The notes under the pieces are model-generated. The model searched no databases. It saw only the letters and a list, made by a program, of their open reading frames with translations, and had not been told where the DNA came from. This document shows positions 1 through 11,300 of a stretch of DNA of 64,000 nt, piece after piece; the first letter of the stretch is position 1, and each line of letters opens with the position of its first letter. The DNA is taken from assembly GCA_002633005.1 (NCBI GenBank), contig NMRA01000295.1, positions 147,124-211,123 on the forward strand, given 5' to 3'. The DNA comes from Phoronis australis. Taxonomy: Eukaryota; Animalia; Phoronida. The position numbers and the translations under genes were made by a program.

Positions 1-197
1 ATTACCACTGTCTTTTTGTGGACGTATTATTCATAAAAAGTGCTGAATCTAAGATGTGTGTCTAACTATGAACTGCACATTGTTTATACTACACTGTGCT
101 CTTCATTGCACTTACTACTGCGGATGTACAGTATTCTCATACCAGATCAAAAACCTTTCACCACTTTTTCTCATCCAGTGTGTTTTCTATCTTATAG

Positions 198-2269
198 CAC
201 TGCCCCCTTCTCTTCAGTTGACAGTGTTTAACCCAGACGCACCTACCGCTTCCCTTAGTGGTCAATCAGCTATGACACCCAACAATGACGATTCACTGAA
301 TGTGCAGGATCGTGGAGATCTCACTCGTGCAGAGAAGTCAGCATCCGTCAAAGAGTTGTCGTCCATGTTTGCACACAAGTCCACAAGTTCAGTATTAGAA
401 ATGCCTGCTAAGATATCACAACCTAGGGACCAGTCACCGATAGTATCGTCAATGGAAGCTGACATGGACAACAAGAGACAACCTTGCAGTAATGCCAACC
501 CCAAACTAGTGGATCGATCGAGTGCTTTGTTAGATCATGAAACTAGTCTTCTTTCGAAGCAGGGTTCAAACCATGATGTACGGGAGAGTAGTGGGTCTCC
601 TGAAGCTGGGCAATCGTTGAAGAGTTCTTTTCAACAAAATAAAAGACCTGATGAAGTGGAAGAGTGCCATAGTTTCAAGAACGTGGCAAACACTTCTCCA
701 AACCATGAGTCAACACAAGATGCCTATGACTGGCCTGTCAATCAAGTGTCACACCCCTCTCTGCAACAGAATCAGCAACAACACGGCAGTGACACAAGAC
801 AACCTGTTGCTGCCAAAACAGGAATGAATAAGGCATCATTTGACAAGTCTGTTAGCATGGAAGGAGATGAGGTGTTTGAGCAGTCACTGTCCTATCTTAA
901 GTCTGCCTCACCTGAAGGTTACCAACGATTTGTGACGAGCACACCTGAGGTGACTACTGCACCTTCAAGTAAATGTTCAACTGTTGCTGTGACTCCTAAT
1001 GTTTTGCAAAAAAGATCAGAAAGAAAACCTTTTTCAAGTCCCTTGTTACACAAGAAGAACAAATCTGCACATAGCAATGTGTTCAGTATTGATGGAAGTC
1101 GTAGCCCTGTATTGACTCGTCAGTTAGTGAACAATCGCATGGATTGTGCAAACACTGATGATGTGTCACCTTTAGATTCAAGCAGATTGAGCCCAGCATT
1201 CAGTCAGAGTTCCACCAGTTCAACACCTCCAATACCTGATCTGGCACCACCCGTTGAGAGTGCACAGCTTGACACCAGCCTTGGGGAGTCCTTCGATGGA
1301 ACGGAAGGATCTGAAAGTGATTTGTCCCCCAGAAAATCGGCTGAGTCGACACCCGAAGACAGTCACATTATGCCAAGATTTGCGCGACCATTTGGCAGCA
1401 GTCTTGGAGTGTCGACAGGATTTGGTCTGAGTGGTGCGGGAGGAAGGCCAATGTTTGGATCTAATATTGTTAGTAAAAACTTGCAGAGAGAAGCCGAGAT
1501 TGTTGATCAGAAAATGCACTTGTATGGAAATGGTACAAATGATTTGATTATTGAGAAAGGTTCAAATTTAAAACTGGGAACTGCTGACAATGAGGTGTCA
1601 TTGAATACTGGGAAAAATACAAAAACTGACGTTACTTTAGACGATGGCGATTGTGATGACAATGGTGAAGACACAAGTCTGGCTGAAGGGGGAGCCTTCA
1701 CTTCTCCTCGTCAGTCTGCGGTTTCAATTAAAGATCGCATTAAGGCATTTAGCAGCAATGAGAAACTCAACCAACCAAATGTGCAGCCCAGTGTGGTGCA
1801 GCCAAAAAGTGTGAAGAACAAGTTTACACCTTCAGCATTTAAACCAGAGGCAGGTGATGTCAGTGTTAAACCGAGCAATGTCTCAGCCCGATGGCCATAT
1901 GGTGAGGACAGTCGAACTAAACCAACCAATGTGATGATCAACAGATTTACTGGTGAACCGGTGTTCCCTACATCACCACGATCACGCACCAGTAGCATGA
2001 CATCTGATGACCAAGCTAAACTAAACGAATCTGATGATTTTAATGATCAGATTGTGTCGGCCATGTATGGTGAGATTGTGTTTGGTAATCAGGGAAATCT
2101 CGGGAAAACGTACGGAGGCTATGTAGTGAGTGATGACGAAGAACTGGACTCCAGTACAGAAGAAGAGGATGAAGTTGAAGACACCAATCTGCTGTGCAGT
2201 CCAGCAGACGGAATTGACCTGGATGATGATTGGCCAGACTTACCTGACAATGGCGTCCCAAGTAAGTAG
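198..2269 (+). CDS. Large exon of an unknown S/T/D/E-rich low-complexity protein (5' part of the gene lies outside the window)
   Basis: About 2 kb stop-free frame. Candidate acceptors cttatag|198 (phase 1) or tcttcag|218 (phase 0). Donor GTAAGT at 2262, or in-frame TAG at 2267-2269. The first ~50 aa of the ORF-track protein read as intron. Confidence 0.8.
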
Positions 2270-3809
2270 TCTCATTTACAGCTGCTGTTGTCATTTAGGA
2301 AATATGTTATTTGGTAAACGTTTGAAGTATGCTTATTAGTTTTGATATAGATATAGATATAGATAGGTAATAGATAATTGCTGTGTTCTCTGTGATAATT
2401 ACCCCGTTTGCTGGCATTTTAGGGAAGGGGAAGAAGGCCATTTATTTGTTACTCAGCTGGGAAAAATTATCTAAAAAATACCAAATTTCTGTCATTTCTG
2501 AACTTTATGAAATTAAGCCATGGAGACAGAGATAGGTGTGTATTTTACACTCGCAAAACACGACTCCTTACATTGTCGCAATAATCTCTGACTAGATCAT
2601 TCCCTTCATTGATTATTCTTTTGTTTTGAAAAATTCTCTTGCACAAAGTTCCCTGATAGAAATTATGTTGTGTGGAAATCAACGAACAAAATAAAAGTAC
2701 CTCATCTTGAAAAGTGCTTGTATGGCAATTGGCGCTTAAGTCAGAGAAAATACGGTAACTGTTATACTTTATATTTAATCAATATGTCATTGAATGTTGT
2801 CACTGTTGCACATTAGGGGACATGAATGACTGTCTTTCATGCAGTGGCCATTTAGATTGGCATACAGCATGTCTTGGTTTCTGTTCAGGAAGTATCTTCT
2901 CTGATCATTCATGGCCTTACTCTCCACTGAACATGTTTCTCTCATAAAATTCCATGGTGGCATATATGGTGTTGATGTTGACAAGATTTCTGCTGTTCAG
3001 ACAGCTTTCACCATCTAATGTTTTAACAATACTAATTTTTTCTTTCTTCTAATATCCAAGGTTCACAAGCTGCCAGGTATATTGTGTTTCTTGTTTCCAT
3101 TTCCTGTTGGCTTGCTTTCAAGTGCACTTGATAAATATTTACTACAACACCACTTGTGTTTCTAAGATGTCACTTACCATTTCCTGTTTTTTAATGCTGT
3201 ATTTGGATAACTACTAACACAAGTACAATTACTCTTGTTATCACTTGCTCACCATTTGTGGTAGGTGTGAACTAAGTAGCTTGTATTTATGTATGTGCAT
3301 AAGAACTTGAGAAGTGATCCTTTTTAGCTTGGCAAAGAAGGTTAGCTGTTTAAAATAGTCATGTTCCAGGTATAGCCTCGACATGTTAAAATTAAAATTA
3401 ATTTTGTTTTTGTCGCTAGATGGCGATGCCATCTATGACTTACATGCAAACTGGATTGAGATCTTAAGAAGTGGAATTTTTCTTGGTGGGGTTTAAATTA
3501 TTATCTATCACCAAGCTGCCAATAACCACTCACAATGTTAAATGATTTACGTACAAAATCTGTCTTTTTAACTGTTGCAGATTGAAAGAAATTACATTTT
3601 GCTGTGTTCAACCCTGTCTGTCTTGGCCACCAAATTTCAAATTGGGTCATTCAGAAGTTGCTTTTGTGCTCGCATAACAATAAGAAGTTCCATGTTAAAT
3701 GTTTCCTATTAAATCTTGTTGTTGTTATTGTGAAGTAGCAATAAAGATATGAAATTTGGACCATGGCAAGTCATCCGGTTATGTTGACATTGTGTTGAAA
3801 ATTATTTAA

Positions 3810-4328
3810 GGCCCTTTCACACAAATGTCGATGCGTCAATGTTTTGAGAAATTGCGGTCAGTGTGAACGGTTTACTTCAGTCCTGGATCGAAATTAACGG
3901 CGCCAGTCAACTGCGCAGTACTAAAACAGGTGAATTTAACAGCGGAGCGTCAACGCTGCGGTACAGTATGAACGGTCAATTTCGGTCCCATTGAAGTTTA
4001 TTGCCAGGGGACACTGTTATTGCCAACAATTAAAGAGCGGTGTCATCGCTAGTAGTTGCTTATATTTTGCTCGAATAATTACCAATAGAATAAGACATAA
4101 GTTTTATGTCAATTAGCACATGTATATGTTCCCTAATTGTCACTTGTCACATCAAAAGAATATCTTGGTGTACCCACGATGCATCAGTGCTTCCTTGCCA
4201 TTACTTTCAAAGTAAAGACAACAGCGTCACCAACCGTTTACTTTGATGTCCATTAACTACTATGAATGGTTCAGCTAACTTCACAGTTTATGTCAATGCT
4301 CCCAGACCAAAGTCAGTGTGAAAGGGCC
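3810..4328. mobile_element. MITE with TTAA target-site duplication
   Basis: TTAA|GGCCCTTTCACAC ... GTGTGAAAGGGCC|TTAA. Internal recurrences of a CAGT(G/A)TGAACGG motif at ~3859 and ~3964. Confidence 0.85.
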
Positions 4329-5105
4329 TTAAGAATTGTTAAAAAATCAATATAGATTTACTGATCGAGATTTGATGGTCTGAAATGTGGTGATTTCGAT
4401 GATTGATTTTATCAAATTTTAACTACATGTTCTTTATCTTTTGCTTTAATAACATGATTGTTATCCGCATACTTAAAGGTTGCAGAGGTATCTCCTGATT
4501 TGTGGTTTCTAACATAAGGGTATGTGAGCTATTTTGTTATGTGAACTCCTAACTACTTCATCCCAGACTGTGCTGTAGCTAATGTGACCCTAATGGTGAC
4601 ATTACACCTGTCATAAATACTTAATTGGCAGGTTTTATTTAATTAATGTACCCTTGGTTGTTCTGCAGGTACTCACAGCAGTGGTCGTGTTTTCCAGCTT
4701 TGTAATGAGGTGGGTGAACCTGTCTATGTTAAGTGTTGTAACATGATTTAACCTGCTCAAATTGATGTCATTGTCTTTTTATTACCTGTATTTTATTAAC
4801 TTTAGACTCCCAGGCTTACTTTTAAGTGAAACAGGTAATGATGTGATACTAATTGTGATGCAAATAGTCTGCACATCTGTTTGGGTTGGGTTAGAGACCC
4901 TAACTTTTGGGCTCCAGCAGGCTCTTTTGAGGCACTCAGTGCAAATACTGCCAGTCAACTGATAACCTTGGGTTGACATTTGACTTTAGTTTTAGCAGTA
5001 TCAGCAAATTAACAGTCAAACCACTCTGGTACTTTTATTTTTATACAGGTTGTCTTTGGGTCATGTCTGCAGTACTGTTTTGTTGGTTTATACTTTTACT
5101 TTAAT

Positions 5106-5228
5106 TTGTGATTGGTTTTATTGGCGTGTAAACGACTATGAATATTGAATTGTCAAATAGTGAATGTTTGTGATGGGTTTGATTGGCGTGTAAACGACTA
5201 TGAATATTGAATTGTCAAGTACTGAATG
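5106..5228. repeat. ~61-bp tandem duplication just upstream of the terminal-exon acceptor
   Basis: Two copies of tttgtgat..attggcgtgtaaacgactatgaatattgaattgtcaa..tgaatg. Confidence 0.8.
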
Positions 5229-5247
5229 CCATTTTTTTTTGCTTCAG

Positions 5248-5619
5248 TCCCAACAGTCTAAAACTAGTCCATCAAAGCCCCCAAGAAAAAAGTCTGTCCC
5301 AGTTCCACCGTCTATGCCTCCCCCACCACCACCAGCTGCATTCTGTGATTCTGACAATGGCACCTATATCGTGAAAGATGATCCAGCGGGTAAAAATGAG
5401 CAAGAGCCACAGTCAGTGAGTAGACATGATCTACCACCACAGCCTAGACGACCAGCCCCGACTCTGCCACCTCCTGCTGTGCCAGCACCAAAAGAAGAGC
5501 ATGAGGAAATGTCTTATGTTATTCACAGTGTAACGAAAGATAGCAAGAAAGAGAAGAAAAAAGGGTTGTTTGGACTGTTCAAGAAAAAGAAAGGCAAAGA
5601 AAAGAAAAGTGGGACGTAA
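5248..5619 (+). CDS. Terminal exon of the same unknown gene: proline-rich (PxxP) with a polybasic C-terminus
   Basis: Acceptor tttttttttgcttcag|5248. Encodes SQQSKTSPSKPPRKK..PPPPP..KKEKKKGLFGLFKKKKGKEKKSGT*. Confidence 0.75.
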   Translation, partial: SQQSKTSPSKPPRKKSVPVPPSMPPPPPPAAFCDSDNGTYIVKDDPAGKNEQEPQSVSRHDLPPQPRRPAPTLPPPAVPAPKEEHEEMSYVIHSVTKDSKKEKKKGLFGLFKKKKGKEKKSGT

Positions 5620-6641
5620 TATTCCACTTTAAATTCACTTAAATGTGAAATCTTATCAATATTTTAAGTAGTCATTTTAGTACATCAGGCAATTGTGCTG
5701 TCACTTTCTGGGGTCCACCATTTTGAGAATCAGTTTTGTCCACTGAATACCTGGCATTGAACTTGCTTTCTAAAATCCAGGACTTCTGTAAATGACTATT
5801 GGCCATATTAGCATGCAGGTCCTCATTTTTGTGTCCATGACATATGGCTACCTGCACTGGGATTAAACATGCATTCCATGTTTTGTATCTTTATTTATGT
5901 TGAGCTTTAAGTGTTTTGCTCACATACCTATTCAGAATGCTTGGGCACAGTTTAATCTACGTTTTATTTTACGAATAGTTATGCGTGGTGAGGATGAACT
6001 ATACATTCCTTGTTTTGAGACATCAAATCTCACATGCTCATTTATTAGACCAACTTATGTAGTTTAGAATTTTGTAAACGGGTTGATCTGCTTAACAAGT
6101 ATTTGTTTTGAATTTTTAGCTTTTTACATTCCCACTTACTGGTATAAAACGAGTTTATCTAACATGTTACATTTTAATGGTTAAAGTCATCTGTGAGTAT
6201 TTCTTTGGATAGCAGCAGTAGTTTCGCAACTGAATGGTTTTTATGCAAGTTTATATCTGTCCTCTCATTAACATTCCAATATTAGTATTGTCAGTTCCAA
6301 AAGTTTCAGTATGTTGTTGATGGAAATGATAGTCTAAGACTACCTGACTGGGATACATGTTGGAATGCATTTGTTAGCAATTACATTTAGATGTGTACTG
6401 TGTTTAATATATATTTTTGTTATTTGAAATTATCAGTACAGCGTAGGAATTGTTCTCAGAATGTAGGAGTATCTATATGAGTGGATCCATTTAGTCAAGA
6501 TACGTACTTAAAAGTAGAGAAGAATGAATGGCTGTTTTGAGTCACATGGATGTAATCGGTACATTTTTATAGTATTAGTCTCCCAGCCAAGTGTTCGGGA
6601 AACCAGATATATACACTGTTTGTACTTTTATTGTTTTCAAA

Positions 6642-6647
6642 AATAAA
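6642..6647 (+). terminator. Likely polyadenylation signal of gene 1
   Basis: AATAAA followed by a T/GT-rich tract about 1 kb after the stop codon. Confidence 0.5.
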
Positions 6648-8238
6648 GTTTTTCTTGTTCAACTAGTTTTGTTGGTTAAAATTCACTCATTAGCATTTCA
6701 CATGTGCTGGTAGTCTTCACAGGTGCAGTTGGCTATCCTCATAGGTGGGGACTGGGGGCAATCTCAGATTGTGGCAGACACAAATAAAAATTCAGCCATT
6801 GCAGCACTCGGGGAAAACATGGAAAGACAAGATTACAGAAGTTGTATCGACAACGAAATATACAGAATATAAACTTTTCACATGGGGAGGAATTTCCAAT
6901 TTAATTTCCCCATACAATCGTGAGAATTTCATGCAAGATATTGTAGCATTATAAGGCAACCAAACATGTGACATGCTGCAGAATTGACTAGTACTACAAC
7001 AATGAAAGTTTGACAACTTGTAGACTGCTGTTTGTGGACCACACAAATAAATACAATAATCCTGCTTGTGTTGGTAATGTCAAGACTAGATATTTGCACT
7101 TGGAAGATGTTCGTAGGAAAGCATTAATGTGCAAAGTTGTAGAGATTCACTGTGTGTATCAGACTTTCTAACTAGGGATTCTTTTCAGAATTCTTTGTAG
7201 GCCTAGGTGTTACAGATTTCACGGTCCGCACAGAATCAAGTCGTAAACGAAGATTCCTGCAAGACTTGAATATGCATTAACATGCTACTTTTGGAAGGCA
7301 CTACAATTAACACCCAACTTCTGAAAATATAGGAAGGGCCCACTAAGGTCTTCACAAGATGACCAAATCAAGGCTTTTTGCGTTCCAATTTTCAAGTTTC
7401 TGCATCTACAAAAATCAAACATAAGTTCTTAATCAATTTTTTGTCAATTATAAACGAATCCTGTGAGGAATTTATGATGGATGAATTTTAGTGCATGCGG
7501 AAATTTGGGAAAATCTAGGTCATCAATTCCACTGATAATTCTGTCAGCCTGAAGTAACTTTTCTAGAAGTTGGTGTTTTGATGTATTGTGGCTTAGCTTT
7601 AATAGTAAAATTCGGGCAAATCTGTTGCTCCCATACAACAAAGTTCAGAAACGCTATCCTGTCACAACACAACAGATTTTATTAACGACTATAATTATCT
7701 GACATTAGTTATTGCAACAATTTTAAAGACTTTCTTCTACAATGACTATAGTTTCCTTTAGTTTATTTAACTAGCAAAAATTGATCAAGTTCATCTCATA
7801 AATAATGAATAAGTATGTTTTTTAACATCTCAAGAAAAAATTACCTGTAGCCTAAAATGCAAGTGGAAAATGATCTTTGTTGATTATACTATTAAATATA
7901 TTGAATAACAATCCTGCAAATGTAACAATAAGTTGCCAACTGAAAATAGGTAAATTGAATCAAATATTTAAGAAAGCACCAAACCAAATCAATAGTTCAC
8001 AACATAAGCCAAATAAAGATTAACCGTTGTCAAATAATTGCTCAGTTCTGACTATTACTACATTAAGCATTTCCCTTGTGGTGCAATATGACCCAATGAT
8101 AGTCAATAACATTAACAACAAATGATTATCACAAATATTAGGAACAAATGACAATAGGAAAATATACTCTGGAAGCGATCAATGATACTATGACAATCAT
8201 TGCAACATGGCACTACAGAAAACGGGCAACACTACAAA

Positions 8239-8364
8239 TTATTTATCTTTGACAATGGCAAGCAGTAATTTTGAGTAGCTGGCAGTGAACTCCTTGTCTA
8301 GCCTTTCTTCCAAAGAACTGCCATAGGTCTCCAAGTACTTTTGTTTTATATTGTATAGATCAAC
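8239..8364 (-). CDS. Annexin fusion gene, last exon (end of repeat 8)
   Basis: VDLYNIKQKYLETYGSSLEERLDKEFTASYSKLLLAIVKDK*; CAG acceptor. Confidence 0.9.
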   Translation of the reverse strand, partial: VDLYNIKQKYLETYGSSLEERLDKEFTASYSKLLLAIVKDK

Positions 8365-11300
8365 CTGAAAACAAAGTCGTTACTTAACCTTAAATCATTT
8401 CTCAACTCTGGAGAAATCCAAGTGGCATGATATTAAATTAAGACAGGTAAGTTTTGCATGAGAAAATATAGAGACACACGAAGTCTCACTAACTTCTGTT
8501 ATATGACCTCAGAAAAGCTTGGTACAAATCACTTAGTGAAGAATTTTCAAAATTGAAACCCTCAAGTAAACATGTTATTAAGTTGTAAACCCATAACTCG
8601 TTCTACAATTCATAATTTCAGCACAGAGCAGCAATGCCAAACAAAATGGCCAATGGATATTTTTCCAAAAAGAGGTAGTAAATTACCTGAAATTTGGCAT
8701 AGCCAATGTTTGTACAACCCAAGTAGTTAACAATCTTACCTCTGACCGTGACACAATTAGGCGTATTAGTGGTTTATCATCAGTCTCAACTGTGTCCAAG
8801 GCATTGTGGATTCTCTCCGTGTAGAAACTGATCGGGTCTTTCAGACTTTTCACTGAAGAAATCACATTTATATTGTTGCCAGAATATAAGTTTGCTACAG
8901 GTTAATGAGAAAACAAACAAAATTTCATTAAAAGCTTAAGATGTTTGGAGCTATAGCTCAGTGCCACTTTGATACCCCAAAATGGATGACTTTAAAGTGG
9001 AGGTAGGGAAGATGATGCAATCAGTGGACTTCATAATTCAGTCCACGGTGCCATCTGCAATTAGGAATGTTAACTAAATGAATAGTTCTATCCTATAACG
9101 CGAAACCAACACAATCATGGTTTTCAAACAAGAGCAATGCAGAGCATTGAAATGCGCCCATGAATGCAGCACGAATGGGGTGCCTTTAGGGTTAATTATT
9201 TGCATCATAAAAATGGCCACTAGATGGCGCAAAAATGTCCAACACACCCAAAAACGAGAAGTGCCATCATTTCTCTGATAGAATTCTATTTACCAAATTT
9301 CATAAAATTCTGTCAAGGAACTTCAGGGAAACAACGGAAAACAGAAAAAAATGAAATTGTCAGCAAATTCCTTGGCTCCGACTAAAATTCCTGGTTGTCT
9401 GTCGTTAGCTTCATTTAGATACACTTCCTAAATTTCATAAACAAAACCACCACTAAGAGGTGCCACAGTAGTTGAAGTCATCGCCAACTGTCCTCTTCAC
9501 ACTGAGAACATGTAACTAATTTTCAAAATCATCCTATAATGGATTGGTTGATAGAAGATGAATTCAAAAAAAGCAAAAATGGCCACCAAAAATGGGAGGA
9601 TAGCGTCATCTCACCAATAGATTCTTTTTTTCCAAATTTTATGAAAATCCGTTAAGGACCTTTGAAGATACAGAGGTAAATGTAAAAAATTAAAATTGCT
9701 ACTATTATAGGGGGCACTCCAGTAGTCAGATCCATCCTAAAGTTGTGGTCATCCGTTGTCAACATCACATAAATACACTTGCTAAATTTAGTAAAGATCC
9801 TGCAAATGGCTTAGGAGATACTGCTATGGGTGCAAAAAAACTGCCATTAGGAGGCGCCACAGCAGTCAAAGTCATAAAATCATCAGGAGCAGTCTTCTTC
9901 ATAGTAAGACCATACATGCCCATTTTCACGATCATCTTTAGAGCTGTTGGGTTGACGGGTGGACGCCAACAAACATACTCTAAAACAGTAAAAATGGCCA
10001 CTAGGTGGCACATACTACGTCGAATCCATCCAAAAACAAGACGATAGCGTCATCTCACTAATAGATGCCTACATGCCAAATTTTGTGAAAATACATTGAG
10101 TACCTTTGAAGATACAGAGGTAAAAGTAAAAAACTAAAATTGCCACTATGGAGCACAATGGTAGTCGAATCCCTCCTAAAGTTCGCTCATGCCGTCCCAT
10201 CCATGAAAGGAACACATGTTCAAAATTTCATGAACATTACGTCAAACGGTTTTGGAGACAGCAGCGGAGAGACGGACGGACGGAGATGACGCCATAATGC
10301 ATCCACATATGAATATGTGGGCGCATAATAAAATGAGTCATGCCACATTTAAAATTGAAATCTGTAACACGCTCATCAGAATCATGCATTCTGCCAACAA
10401 GGAAAATAACCATTTCAGAAGTGTCAGTTTGATTCCCATAAAGCAGTTATCATTGTCACACAAGTTATGGAATCCCAACAAAAATTGTCCAAACAAGGTG
10501 GAGCTGAGTTTTACTGTTTTGCAAGACTACTTGTCAGTAGACTCATTAACTGCAGACTCATTTGCATTTGACAGGCTAAAATAATGCCAGGTGTCATTTT
10601 TACAGTTACCTAAAGTTATGAGTGGATCCTCCAAGTCATCCAGACCAGAATTGTGTATTCCCTGTATGATTGTATGACCAGACAATCTCTGGTACTCTTC
10701 AAATATAGCATTCACTTGCCAACAGTTCCTCTTTGTGAGTATTTCTTGTAATAGTTTGTTGTTGGCCACTGTTAAAGAGCTCCCATCCTGAAGACAAGCA
10801 GAGTTGCACACAAAATACATAAAACACATTCAACAATTATATTGTGTATTTATTGCATTGCAGCAAAATAAAGAAGTACTTCCATTGAAAAAATGGCATC
10901 AATAACAGACAAATGTTTAAGATGAAATCTCAAAAACGCTAGTACAGTTTTTTTTTTAAATTGTGCTTCGCCGCATTTAGGTGGCAAAAACAATACTCAA
11001 ATTAGGCCTTGTATGGGCACAAAATTGGTCCTGTCACCAACAAGAACACTGAAACCATCATTGAATCAAGAAAGTTCATCAGAGTGACTTGTGTTGGACA
11101 ACTCTAAACTTACAAATTTATCAATGAATGCACAAGTGCATGTGTTGTTAGAGTTGGTAATATGAAATAGAATTATTATCACAGTAAGGAATATGAGACC
11201 AATTTTCTGAAAGCAGAAAGCCCTGTTCGATTTTTGTATTCAGCCAGCTAAACGGAGAGAAGGGGAGCTTTAAATTATTGTTTTCATAATACATACCACT

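Noticed and set aside
262-2294. Antisense ORFs over the large exon, and similar ones over annexin, UBR7, CYP and Gypsy sequence
   Set aside because: Shadow frames of real coding sequence with no recognisable motifs.
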